Virus record (IMG/VR): IMGVR_UViG_2882682849_000004
Span: 5,296 to 69,295 of that record
From: a virus
Lineage: Duplodnaviria; Caudoviricetes
Reading direction: 5' to 3' (one strand)
Length of the DNA stretch: 64,000 nucleotides
How positions within the stretch are numbered: the stretch's first letter is position 1; every line of letters begins with the position of its first letter. The notes below the pieces were generated by a model, which worked only from the letters and a program-made list of their open reading frames with translations, was not told the origin of the DNA and did no database searches. A program made the position numbers and the translations under genes. Positions 8,639 through 17,547 of this stretch are shown piece by piece.

Positions 8639-8679
8639 TTAAATGATAATTTAAAGACGTCTTTTCAGGCTGGTGTTGA
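8639..8679 (+). repeat. Outer-left inversion site (inverted partner of 11969-12009)
   Basis: 8644-8679 matches reverse complement of 11969-12004 at 35/36 nt; core TTAAAT-GATA-ATTTAA at 8639-8654. Confidence 0.92.
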
Positions 8680-9019
8680 CACTTTGTTTAACAGGTGTCA
8701 AAGCTGTGGGTCAACACCAAGTGCAAAAACACCCACAGCAATAAGCACCGCCATACAAAAGATATTTACAGACAGATATAATGCTGGAGTTAACGCCGGG
8801 GTTGCAGCCAACAAAATCTCTTATGTAACTATTACAGCTAATATGCCGGGATATAAGTATGCTGACCAGGCAGGTGGTAAGGTAACCGGGACTCTTACGG
8901 CAAATATCTCAGGTAAAACGGTTACCAGCGTTTCCGGGGCACTTACGTTGCATTGTCAGTATGCTAAAACCGGGGTAACACAGGCCTATACGATACCGGT
9001 TACAATAAATATTTCATAA
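8645..9019 (+). CDS. Silent alternative C-terminal cassette (B) for tail-tip protein 11623-12150
   Basis: DNLKTSFQAGVDTLFNRCQSCG...RYNAG parallels DNLKTSFQDGVDTLYNKCKSCG...RYNAG; in-frame TGA at 8627 and no RBS, so no independent start. Confidence 0.88.
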   Translation, partial: DNLKTSFQAGVDTLFNRCQSCGSTPSAKTPTAISTAIQKIFTDRYNAGVNAGVAANKISYVTITANMPGYKYADQAGGKVTGTLTANISGKTVTSVSGALTLHCQYAKTGVTQAYTIPVTINIS

Positions 9020-9048
9020 ATGATCATTTTGGGATTAGCAGTGGTTAA

Positions 9049-9067
9049 ATAAATCTTTATTTAATAC
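9049..9067 (-). repeat. Inner-left inversion site (inverted partner of 11598-11616)
   Basis: TAAATCTTTATTTAATAC 9050-9067 is the exact reverse complement of 11598-11615; core (minus) TTAAAT-AAAG-ATTTAT. Confidence 0.8.
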
Positions 9068-9116
9068 GCCCGTTTCCCCTATATCTGGTATCATATCTTC
9101 AAAAACGGAGGATACC

Positions 9117-10109
9117 ATGAAAGAGCAATTTATTTGTGAAATCCTGCACCACCTACCTTCTTTTTCCTCTGACCAGCTATCAGAGATCAAAGATGCCATT
9201 CGCATTGTCCTATGCAAGTATGATCTGGAGGCCAAGGGCACATCCCTCCAAACCGTCAATAACACAAGCCTGCACTATCTGCAGATGTACCTGGAGTCCT
9301 GCGAGCAGGCCGGAAAGTCCAAAGGAACCTCCGGGCTTTACCGGTTCCACTTGTCCCACTTTTTGTCTTATGTAAATAAGGATATCTCCCAGATCACTGA
9401 CGATGATGTCTACACCTATCTGTACAATTACAGGCACAAACGTACTGTCAGCAACTCCTACCTTAACCAGATCCGGCTTATCCTCAACGGCTTTTTCAAA
9501 TGGCTCATTAAGCGGAGGGTGCTTACTGCCAATCCGGTTGACTCCATTGACTCCGTTAAATGCCAGAAGAAAGTAAAACAGCCCTTGTCCGCCGAAGATG
9601 TGGAGCTGCTCCGCTCCGCCTGTGAATCTGAGCGGGATCTTGCGATCGTGGAATGCCTTTACAGCACCGCTGTAAGGGCCTCTGAGCTCCTTCAGCTTAA
9701 CCGCTCTGACATTTCCTTTGCCAAAAATGATATAGTCGTCCTCGGTAAAGGGAATAAAGAGCGCGTCACCTACCTTAATGCAAGATCCCATATCCACCTA
9801 AAAAACTACCTGGGGCTGCGTACAGACGATAACCAGGCCCTGTTTGTAAGCAGCAGGGCACCCCACGAACGCCTTACCCGCCGGGGACTGGAAGACATAC
9901 TTAACCGGATTGCTGCCGCTGCAAATGTAAAAAATGTCCATCCCCACCGGTTCCGGCGTACCAGTGCTACTGACTTGCTCAATGCCGGCATGCCGATTGA
10001 ACAGGTACAGGAGCTGCTTGGCCATAAAAGTATTGAGACTACACGCATTTACTGTACGGTAAACCAGGAAGCCGTGAAACATAACCATAAGCGGCTCATG
10101 AATTTTTAA
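9117..10109 (+). CDS. Tyrosine recombinase (invertase) inside the invertible segment
   Basis: STAVRASEL, GKGNKER, HPHRFRRT, LGHKSIETTRIY; RBS GGAGG; opposite strand to late genes. Confidence 0.93.
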   Translation: MKEQFICEILHHLPSFSSDQLSEIKDAIRIVLCKYDLEAKGTSLQTVNNTSLHYLQMYLESCEQAGKSKGTSGLYRFHLSHFLSYVNKDISQITDDDVYTYLYNYRHKRTVSNSYLNQIRLILNGFFKWLIKRRVLTANPVDSIDSVKCQKKVKQPLSAEDVELLRSACESERDLAIVECLYSTAVRASELLQLNRSDISFAKNDIVVLGKGNKERVTYLNARSHIHLKNYLGLRTDDNQALFVSSRAPHERLTRRGLEDILNRIAAAANVKNVHPHRFRRTSATDLLNAGMPIEQVQELLGHKSIETTRIYCTVNQEAVKHNHKRLMNF

Positions 10110-10171
10110 GTCTCCATTTTCCAGCCTGCTTCTTTTCAGCCTGCCTCTGGGAGGCTTATACATTGTGCCTT

Positions 10172-10621
10172 TTATCCTGCTGACCGGAACAAGGTATAAT
10201 GCGGCCTTTCCCTTTTCCACATCCATGGACGCCACTTCCGGAATGCAAGATAATTCCCGTATCGCAGCCAGTCATCAAGTACAATACAGGCCACGGCCAG
10301 CAGAATCCAAAGCAGGAAATAATATAGGCATACCTGCCCCATCAGGTTAAACGGCAGGCCGGAATAATCCCATACATCCCAGCCCAGCCACAGGTTGATG
10401 ATACATCCCGTAAAAAATTCCAGCACTGTAATTATAACTGCCCCTATCACTGCCTGCTGCATCAATGCCAGTTCCCACGGGAAAAGATGCTCATTGAGAA
10501 ACCCAATGATTACAAAGCATAAACCGCCCAGGATAAACATTGTCCAGTGCGTCCTTCCCCGGCAGGCCAGCTCCAGCCATGTATATAACCTGCCTCCGAT
10601 TAAAAACAGCAATATCTCCAT
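10172..10621 (-). CDS. Four-TM membrane protein (putative ABC-transporter permease-like, CmpB-type)
   Basis: GRTHWTMFILGG...EFFTGCIIN...WDYS...PFNLMGQVCL pattern. Confidence 0.75.
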   Translation of the reverse strand: MEILLFLIGGRLYTWLELACRGRTHWTMFILGGLCFVIIGFLNEHLFPWELALMQQAVIGAVIITVLEFFTGCIINLWLGWDVWDYSGLPFNLMGQVCLYYFLLWILLAVACIVLDDWLRYGNYLAFRKWRPWMWKRERPHYTLFRSAG

Positions 10622-10627
10622 ATCGTA

Positions 10628-11503
10628 TTACACCTCCTGCTGTGCTTCCTGTGCGGCATACATATCAGCAAGCACCTCTGACCGGAATTCTGAAGGAATT
10701 ACCATGCCGTATGTTACTGCCTCTACGGATGCCTTATCCTCCAGGCTGTTAATATACCTCCGCAAATCCCGATAATAAGTTTCATGGTAAGTCCCGTATT
10801 CCATCGCATTTTTAATAATCAGCTGCATATCGGCGTTTGTAAAATAACGGCACGGATCATCCAAATCTGATGTATGCCATGGTATTTTTTCGTCTCCCGC
10901 AGCAACACTCGCCTGCAATGCCATAAGACGTTTCTGTTCATATTCCGCCAGGGCAAAATGCTCCATACTACCATCAGTTAATGCCACGTTAATACCGCCC
11001 TGCATTACGGCCTGCTGTGCTGCCTCCATCTCTGATATCTTTCTGGCCTTTACCTCTTCCAGCGGTTCCACGTATGTAAATTTCGCTTCAAACGCCGTGT
11101 CTCCGTTCACCACGCCCGCATCCGGAATTTCCGGATCCCATCCTGCAAATACATAGTTTTCATCCGAAACCGGAGAGGGGATAACCAAATCTTCAAAATT
11201 GCTCACAGTCTGCATTATATCTCCGTCTATGGTGCCTCCCTGACCACAGGTAAAAGCTACAGTCGGTACCGGTGCCGTATAAACGCTGCCATCATCTGAA
11301 AACTGTGCACCGCCCTCTGTCCTGAGGTATAATGTCTTAAATCCTGTATAATCCCAGGCATCATCTTCCTTACCCTCCCTAAAGAGAGTAAAACCTTTCG
11401 TTTTTACCGGAAATTCTCCGGTTATCTGCACTACATGCCGGTTCAGTTTTTCAAACTCTACTTCATAGGTGTTTTTTTCTCCGGCATATTTTAAATTAAT
11501 CAT
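10628..11503 (-). CDS. Tail-associated protein: InlB-B-like repeat plus DUF4376-like C-terminus
   Basis: YVFAGWDPEIP repeat-like segment; LEEVKARKISEM...HFALAEYEQ...YHETYYRDLRRYI C-terminus. Confidence 0.6.
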   Translation of the reverse strand: MINLKYAGEKNTYEVEFEKLNRHVVQITGEFPVKTKGFTLFREGKEDDAWDYTGFKTLYLRTEGGAQFSDDGSVYTAPVPTVAFTCGQGGTIDGDIMQTVSNFEDLVIPSPVSDENYVFAGWDPEIPDAGVVNGDTAFEAKFTYVEPLEEVKARKISEMEAAQQAVMQGGINVALTDGSMEHFALAEYEQKRLMALQASVAAGDEKIPWHTSDLDDPCRYFTNADMQLIIKNAMEYGTYHETYYRDLRRYINSLEDKASVEAVTYGMVIPSEFRSEVLADMYAAQEAQQEV

Positions 11504-11539
11504 ATCTTTTCCTTTCTCCCCAAAAGCGGGTAAAATAAC

Positions 11540-11555
11540 GGAGCCTTACGGCTCC
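11540..11555 (-). terminator. GNRA-capped hairpin downstream of the active cassette
   Basis: GGAGCC-GTAA-GGCTCC followed by GTTATTTT. Confidence 0.5.
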
Positions 11556-11597
11556 TGGTTATAGTTTCTAAATATATTTTTCTGTTCTGCCCATCCT

Positions 11598-11616
11598 GTA
11601 TTAAATAAAGATTTAA
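11598..11616 (+). repeat. Inner-right inversion site
   Basis: GTA-TTAAAT-AAAG-ATTTAA; inverted partner of 9049-9067. Confidence 0.8.
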
Positions 11617-11622
11617 TGATTT

Positions 11623-12150
11623 TTAAACAGTAAGGTTTATTACCCTCTCTGGCGTATACTGCCCGGGGCTGACATAGCCCGTACTGCTATAAGTAGTCGC
11701 AGCGCCTCCGTCAATGGATACGGATGCATGGGCATTTAAATTAACACGGCTATCCCCTCCACAGTTGCCCTTAACTGTTATTGTTACGGTATGCTTTACA
11801 TCTGTCTGGACGCCATAAGCGTTTGGATTAGCTTTTACATCATTTTGCCCTTGAGTTCTGCCAGCATTGTATCTGTTGGTATAAATGCTTTGTATGGCAT
11901 TAACAATTGCTGTAGGCGTTTTATCGGATGGTGTTACCCCACAGCTCTTACACTTATTATATAGTGTATCAACACCATCCTGAAAAGACGTCTTTAAATT
12001 ATCAATTAATTCATCAACCACGACTGCTGATGGCAGATTATCCGGATTGGTATTTGCCGCAACTTCCTCCTTAGTCTTCAATATCCTTTTCTCTGTATAA
12101 GCTAAATAAAACTTTTCTATTCCGTTTAAGATCTTTTCTGCCATTGTCAT
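11623..12150 (-). CDS. Tail-tip / receptor-binding protein with switchable C-terminus (cassette A expressed)
   Basis: 49-aa constant N-terminus then inversion site in frame; last gene of the tail-fibre block. Confidence 0.8.
   Translation of the reverse strand: MTMAEKILNGIEKFYLAYTEKRILKTKEEVAANTNPDNLPSAVVVDELIDNLKTSFQDGVDTLYNKCKSCGVTPSDKTPTAIVNAIQSIYTNRYNAGRTQGQNDVKANPNAYGVQTDVKHTVTITVKGNCGGDSRVNLNAHASVSIDGGAATTYSSTGYVSPGQYTPERVINLTV
11969..12009 (-). repeat. Outer-right inversion site, inside the coding sequence
   Basis: Minus strand TTAATT-GATA-ATTTAA-AGACGTCTTTTCAGG. Confidence 0.92.
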
Positions 12151-12410
12151 GGTCCCACTACCTCCTCTTCCTTGTTAAATATGCTGTTAATCTGTTCATC
12201 AGATATGTCCGAGTTCAGGAAATCATATAAAGACGTCCCGTCAGGCAGCCAGACAACACGGGCATCCGTGTGAAAGTAGCAGACATTTCCATTAGAATCC
12301 TGAAATTCAACTAATAAATATCTGCCATCAATAACCGCTCCCGTATTTGTATTATCTTCTGCTCCTGTAGCTGTACTATTAACTGTCCCCGTATTTGTAC
12401 TATCTTCCAT
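12147..12410 (-). CDS. Small tail-fibre-region protein
   Basis: 87-aa ORF, stop overlaps next start. Confidence 0.7.
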   Translation of the reverse strand: MEDSTNTGTVNSTATGAEDNTNTGAVIDGRYLLVEFQDSNGNVCYFHTDARVVWLPDGTSLYDFLNSDISDEQINSIFNKEEEVVGP

Positions 12411-12420
12411 TGTTGCCCTC

Positions 12421-13272
12421 CTATCTTGTACTTTTTACTGACGCATATATCTTTCCTGGCTGACGGACTATCTCCTTCCCATCTTCCAGATATACTACAT
12501 TGCTGAAAACTGCCTTATATGGGCTGTTGTCTGCCTCAAGCTCTGTTTTTTCTGTCTTTTCAACCCCGTACAAGGTCCCTGATACTGTGGGATCCTCCAT
12601 TCCGGTTATGTACCGGTCAAAAAAGATCATAATCACGCCCCTTTGAGTCGTGATAAAACCATATGCACACCCTTTTGTCCTCAAAGACGGCGGTTTGTAA
12701 GTAGTCTCTGTCATCAGGACAAACGGATCATCCGTCCCCGCAAAGCAGTTGCTCTTAAGATCCAGCAGGTGCCTTGCTATCTGTCCGAACAATTCTGATA
12801 ACGTATCTCCCGACTTAAGCTTTCCCCTTTCTTTTGGCACATTAAAAACAGAAGCGAACTCATATTCACGAGGATTATTTTCTGAGTCTGTCCGGTGTAC
12901 TTTAAATATTTTGCTGGTATCCTTAAGGAGCTCAAACAAAATTGTATTTTCTCCGTCCAGCTCATCAATTGTCCCTATCTTTACCCCGCCTTTTCCGGCT
13001 GCCTTTAAAGCTGCCACATCATGAAACAGCTTCAGGCATTTCAGGTCTGTGATGTGCTGTAAGGTATTAAACTGCCGGGATGTGGGGATGCCGTTGATCC
13101 CTCCCACGATAGCAGACCATCCGTCTGTCCAGTCTTTTATGCTGATGTTCTCGCGGCTCCCCGTATCTGCAAACAGGCTTTCAAAAAGTTCTTCCAAAGA
13201 TGCGCTGTTAATACTGCTTTCAGTTTCGACAGCAAGTCCGTTTTTTGTTTCCTTATCGCTACTTTCCATCAA
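12421..13272 (-). CDS. Putative tail fibre / baseplate-attached protein
   Basis: Follows DUF2612-like gene; GW..IVGGINGIPTSRQFN N-terminus typical of fibre attachment domains. Confidence 0.6.
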   Translation of the reverse strand: MMESSDKETKNGLAVETESSINSASLEELFESLFADTGSRENISIKDWTDGWSAIVGGINGIPTSRQFNTLQHITDLKCLKLFHDVAALKAAGKGGVKIGTIDELDGENTILFELLKDTSKIFKVHRTDSENNPREYEFASVFNVPKERGKLKSGDTLSELFGQIARHLLDLKSNCFAGTDDPFVLMTETTYKPPSLRTKGCAYGFITTQRGVIMIFFDRYITGMEDPTVSGTLYGVEKTEKTELEADNSPYKAVFSNVVYLEDGKEIVRQPGKIYASVKSTR

Positions 13273-13273
13273 A

Positions 13274-13876
13274 TCACTCCTCTCCTATGATATGCAAGAA
13301 CTTTCCTTCCCCAAATCCAAGTGCATCTTTATTCAGATCCCGGAATCCAAAAAATTCAAGCTCAAAAAACTTTAGATCCACGGATACGCCCCCCGGCTTT
13401 ACTGTCAGGCTGGTATTGTAAAGCATTTTGAGCATCCAGTCCTCAAAATCCGCTCCTACCATCAACTGGAAATGGGCCGGGTGGTCATTAAACTCTCTGT
13501 AATAGAGCAGCTTCATATTATACAAAAGCCGGCATACCTCAACCAATTCGGGAAAAGTGCAGGTATTGGCATTCCTCAAAGCCTTATACATGAGGAAAAG
13601 GCGGTACCTTTCATCGTCGATTACGTCAAAATCTATAATGCCGGCATATCTGGAGGATTCTGCCCTGGTAAGCACCACAATCTCGCCGGCACCGTCAAGC
13701 TGCCTCCCGAAAGCCGACTTTATGGAGCGCAGAGTCTCAAGATCATGAAGCGTTTTCCCTACTGCCTCCAGTTCCTCCGCAAACGCCCTTATCAGGACTT
13801 CAATATTATTTTTCCGCTTAAACTGCTCCGGAAGCTTCTCAAGAAAGCTTTCCACTATGCTGCCTGCATTAACCAT
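13274..13876 (-). CDS. DUF2612-like baseplate wedge protein
   Basis: AFGRQLDGAGEIV...DDERYRLFLMYKALRN...FFGF motif; after baseplate J. Confidence 0.75.
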   Translation of the reverse strand: MVNAGSIVESFLEKLPEQFKRKNNIEVLIRAFAEELEAVGKTLHDLETLRSIKSAFGRQLDGAGEIVVLTRAESSRYAGIIDFDVIDDERYRLFLMYKALRNANTCTFPELVEVCRLLYNMKLLYYREFNDHPAHFQLMVGADFEDWMLKMLYNTSLTVKPGGVSVDLKFFELEFFGFRDLNKDALGFGEGKFLHIIGEE

Positions 13877-15329
13877 CTAGCAACACCTCAATTCTGGCCA
13901 CATCAAAAAGCGCTTTCTGCCGGTGGCTTACTATTACGTTTCCCGGGGTATATTCTTCTTCCGAGGGAATATATTTTTCAGAAGCACTTGCAAAAGCCCT
14001 GATATCTACCATTGACACGCTGACCACACGGCTGTAAATATTGGCAAGAAATGTCTGCAGGTATACCGTGTCCCCTACCTGGAGGTTTTTGCTGTCCTCT
14101 AAGATGGACTCCTGTGTCAGCTCTATATAATTTGGCGCCATTGCTTTCCCTGCTTTGCCCGTAATTACTATACGCAGCCAGACATACAGATAATCCGGCC
14201 GGCTGAATCCAACCTTATGGATGTTGCCGAAGCCATCTGCAACATCCATGATAATGTTTCCATAAGCCCGGATTCCATTGGTTTTTTTCTGATAAATGGT
14301 ATTGGCTATTTCCCCGTCATCTCCGCCATCCACAATGATTTCCACTGATTTGGGCGGCCTTCCTTCTTTGTCGGTATCCTCCGTATCGTTTTCATACCCA
14401 GCTACCGACAATACATTATCCACGGAATTATATATCTCCGCGGTAATGCTCTCCACCATATTTTTTGATCTGGTGGCACAGCGCTTTACAAAAGTCTGCC
14501 TGGCCTCAATATCATCCGCTTCAAACCGGCCCGGCACAGGGGCTATGTCATTTTTTATCTCCCTGATGCCGGTATCCAGTGTAACCATTTCCCTTATGAG
14601 GCCGTCTGCAATAATAACCGGCCCGTACTCCATGCTCTCAAACAGAATATTGGAGGTAACGGAATCAATCAGCAGATTGTTTGATATGGCAAGCGTGTTG
14701 GAAGTCTGCTTATAAATATCCTCAATGATAAGGCATCCCTTTTCCAAATCCTCATTAACAGACATTCCCGCTTCTTCTATCATGTCTGCAAAAGCCCTGA
14801 TGATATCCTGTGCATTATCTTCCGGCTGCCGGGCATACTGCCATGTATTACGGTTAAGCGTAATATAAAATACGTCTATGCCGGACTCCATATAAGGCCG
14901 TATTTCTATCCTTCTGAAATTTTCACGCCCTATCACCTGTGTGTTGGTACACCGGAACATTTTTTCCGGATTGGTTGCCGATTTTATAAGCACCCCGTAA
15001 GGCACTATCGTATCATCCGGAGCAGTACAGGCAATCATATAAGTGGTACGGGAATCCCGCTCCCTGGTTATTCCGCCAAACTGCATTGCGTTGTCCAGGT
15101 TTCCGCCTTCCGCGCTCATGGTATACATGGCATAATAGGTATTCTCCGCTTCTTCCCACAGCTTCGCCACTTCATCGGAAAATCCTGTTACCAAGACATT
15201 TAGAAAAGACTGGGGATTAATTGTAATATCATATCCCCAGCCTTCCTTTAATCTTGCATATACATCATTTTTAATCTCATCCAGCCTTTTTCTCACAAAG
15301 CCGTTTCGGGTAACGCCATACTCACCCAC
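13869..15329 (-). CDS. Baseplate J/gp47-family protein
   Basis: GVTRNGFVRK..., AEGGNLD...GITR, PPKSVEIIVDGG; GTG start 15329. Confidence 0.88.
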   Translation of the reverse strand: MGEYGVTRNGFVRKRLDEIKNDVYARLKEGWGYDITINPQSFLNVLVTGFSDEVAKLWEEAENTYYAMYTMSAEGGNLDNAMQFGGITRERDSRTTYMIACTAPDDTIVPYGVLIKSATNPEKMFRCTNTQVIGRENFRRIEIRPYMESGIDVFYITLNRNTWQYARQPEDNAQDIIRAFADMIEEAGMSVNEDLEKGCLIIEDIYKQTSNTLAISNNLLIDSVTSNILFESMEYGPVIIADGLIREMVTLDTGIREIKNDIAPVPGRFEADDIEARQTFVKRCATRSKNMVESITAEIYNSVDNVLSVAGYENDTEDTDKEGRPPKSVEIIVDGGDDGEIANTIYQKKTNGIRAYGNIIMDVADGFGNIHKVGFSRPDYLYVWLRIVITGKAGKAMAPNYIELTQESILEDSKNLQVGDTVYLQTFLANIYSRVVSVSMVDIRAFASASEKYIPSEEEYTPGNVIVSHRQKALFDVARIEVLLDG

Positions 15330-15675
15330 GAAGCTCCACCTCCTTTTCAAATGTCTTCTCATTCGTCCGCAGCTGGAACTTCACTAGAGCCGTCCTTTTC
15401 TCCGGATTAAAAAAGATATCCATCACCGGAACCTCAAGCACATCATCCACATCCAGCATCTCCCTGATCAGCAGTTTTTTTATGCCGTCAATGTCAGGGT
15501 TCTTTATAAGTATTGACTCAAACCACGGGATCCCTTTTTCAGGATCAAATACCCATTCTTTAAAGAACCACCTCAGCTTTATGAGGGCCGCCTGCACCGG
15601 GCTTGTAACCAGTGATATGTCTCCTTCCTTCGTCAGCGCTATATCCCCTTCCCCGTCCAGCAGAATATCCTTCAT
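15322..15675 (-). CDS. Baseplate wedge / sheath initiator (gp25-like)
   Basis: MKDILLDGEGDI...EWVFDPEKGIPWF; position before baseplate J. Confidence 0.75.
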   Translation of the reverse strand: MKDILLDGEGDIALTKEGDISLVTSPVQAALIKLRWFFKEWVFDPEKGIPWFESILIKNPDIDGIKKLLIREMLDVDDVLEVPVMDIFFNPEKRTALVKFQLRTNEKTFEKEVELRG

Positions 15676-15679
15676 CCCA

Positions 15680-16294
15680 TCATCCCCCTTCTGACGTGAC
15701 GGCTCCGTGCACATTAAGATTTCCTTCTATTACCACCCCATCGCCGCTGACAGAGATACTGCATCCGGCGCACTCCTGCTTTACCGCATCCTCCCCCATC
15801 TGCAGAAGGCTGCCCTGGTATTGTGCTTTCATCCCGTCCTTTTTTAAGATAAGCTCCATTTCCTCATTTTTAAGGACAATGGCCTCTTCTTCTACCGCTT
15901 TCTGCACTGCCTCACTGCCTTCTCCAAACAGCCCCGGGATGCAGACTGCGTTTGTCAAATCAAATTTCATGTTGCTGTCTGTTTCTTTACCATGGCTCAT
16001 CCACGGTTTTAAGTCATTTTCGCAGATTAAGATAATACACCCGTCCCCAGGTTTTACCGGATAGGCTATTGTGGTTTTCTGTCCGCATGCCTGGGGAAAT
16101 ACTACCGGTACCTTAACAATCGTAGGGTAAGTAAGCTGCATGCCGTTTTTCATGGTCATGGTGCCTTCCGGCTTTACGGACGCCATGCCGGCCGCCACAT
16201 CAAATTCTGTTATGGTGCCGGGAAGGGCTGTATGTATATCGTAGGTCGCCTCCCTGACCGTATCCTCTATCTGCTGTACAAATTCCTGTATCAT
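15680..16294 (-). CDS. Baseplate spike protein (Gp138-like N-terminal OB fold)
   Basis: IHTALPGTITEFD...VPVVFP...YPVKPGDGCIILICE...FDLTNAVCIPG. Confidence 0.8.
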   Translation of the reverse strand: MIQEFVQQIEDTVREATYDIHTALPGTITEFDVAAGMASVKPEGTMTMKNGMQLTYPTIVKVPVVFPQACGQKTTIAYPVKPGDGCIILICENDLKPWMSHGKETDSNMKFDLTNAVCIPGLFGEGSEAVQKAVEEEAIVLKNEEMELILKKDGMKAQYQGSLLQMGEDAVKQECAGCSISVSGDGVVIEGNLNVHGAVTSEGG

Positions 16295-17205
16295 AATGCC
16301 GCCCCCTGTCCTGTTATCTCCAAAATTGTGGCTTTGCACTGCCAGTCACCCTCGTAATTGTCGCCCTCTACGGAAATCTTCTGTACCCGGAAATATCCGG
16401 TCACAATCTGGCTGGTTACATGGACATAACTGTTGACGCCTATTGCCAGGTTCATAAGATAAGTTACCTCCCATCCTAATTGTGCCGTCTCCGTCCCGCC
16501 CGACGCTCCTGTATTCCCTCCCTTTCCGCTCCCGCCGCTGGCCGATAAGCTGACCCTCTTAGGCATCCCTATGAGTCCACTCCCTGCATTAAGTTCATAG
16601 CAGCTTAGTGAGATTGGCTCCCCCAATTTTGTGAGCTGTAAGATGCCGTCTTGGATGCTCCAGCTGGTGCCGTCCATCCGCGTTAATCTTTTCAGCAGGT
16701 TCTTGGCACTTCCCACAAAGCTGTACCCGTTGCTGAGCACGGTCGGAAGGCCAAGCGCGTTGGGAGAGCAACTCAGCGGCAGGCCCATTTGCACCGCTAT
16801 GTCCTGATAGATTACATCCGTGGCGGTTCCCTCCGCGTAAGAAAGGGATACGTTCGAATCCCGTAGCTCCACCATTCCGTCTGCAACCTCTATCTCCGTC
16901 ATTTGGTCCGCCCCTTCTTTGGCCGTTGTGGCATGGGTCACGGTGCCGGAAAATGCCTGTGCCAGGTTCCCTGTATAGCCTGCCCTCACAATCACAACGC
17001 AGTCCTGTTTTTCAAGCTCTGCAAGGTGCTCTTTGTTCAGGTTCCATATGGTGACTTTTCCCGTGTTAGGGCTTTCCACGTCTGATTTTTCAAAAGAAAA
17101 TTTTATATGGATTGGGATCCCGTTTGTAGCGGCGACCCCGATTTCAAATCCCGATCCGCCGCCTTTCCCTATGGATACCCTTGCCTCCCTACCGAATAAT
17201 CTCAT
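16291..17205 (-). CDS. Baseplate hub protein
   Basis: IKFSFEKS...PNTGKVTIWNLN, AGYTG, WSIQDG, GDNYEGDW. Confidence 0.78.
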   Translation of the reverse strand: MRLFGREARVSIGKGGGSGFEIGVAATNGIPIHIKFSFEKSDVESPNTGKVTIWNLNKEHLAELEKQDCVVIVRAGYTGNLAQAFSGTVTHATTAKEGADQMTEIEVADGMVELRDSNVSLSYAEGTATDVIYQDIAVQMGLPLSCSPNALGLPTVLSNGYSFVGSAKNLLKRLTRMDGTSWSIQDGILQLTKLGEPISLSCYELNAGSGLIGMPKRVSLSASGGSGKGGNTGASGGTETAQLGWEVTYLMNLAIGVNSYVHVTSQIVTGYFRVQKISVEGDNYEGDWQCKATILEITGQGAAL

Positions 17206-17536
17206 TTTCTTTCCTCCACACCTCCAGGTCTTCCCAGGGAATAAAAGCAAATTCTACATTCCCGTTGGCAAAATCTTTTCTGCCTACATGTTTCAGATTT
17301 GTAAAGCACCCGAATATTCCCTGGGGAATATGTACCGAAACATCAAAGTGTGTCAGCGGCGCCACGGGTACTATCTTCCTGTGTTGTAACAAAATGTTTT
17401 TTCCGGTGTCATATACGCCAAAAGACCAGTAATCATGTTCCCCGTTATATAAAAACCGTATCAGGTATTCCTTCTGGCATAAAATTACGCGAGAAAAACT
17501 GTCGTTCATATCCGGTACCTGAATATATTCCATCAT
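17189..17536 (-). CDS. Small baseplate protein
   Basis: Position between Dit-like and hub genes; PDMNDSF...YLIRFLYN. Confidence 0.65.
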   Translation of the reverse strand: MMEYIQVPDMNDSFSRVILCQKEYLIRFLYNGEHDYWSFGVYDTGKNILLQHRKIVPVAPLTHFDVSVHIPQGIFGCFTNLKHVGRKDFANGNVEFAFIPWEDLEVWRKENEIIR

Positions 17537-17547
17537 AATTGTTCCCC

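Noticed and set aside
8653-8664. Perfect 12-bp palindrome AAAGACGTCTTT as the crossover core
   Set aside because: A symmetric core gives no directionality and is absent from the inner pair; the shared TTAAAT-N4-ATTTAA motif explains all four sites. Kept only as an alternative to test
8645-12004. Diversity-generating retroelement (TR/VR pair) explaining the two similar cassettes
   Set aside because: No reverse transcriptase in the window, differences are not confined to adenines, and the copies are inverted around a tyrosine recombinase
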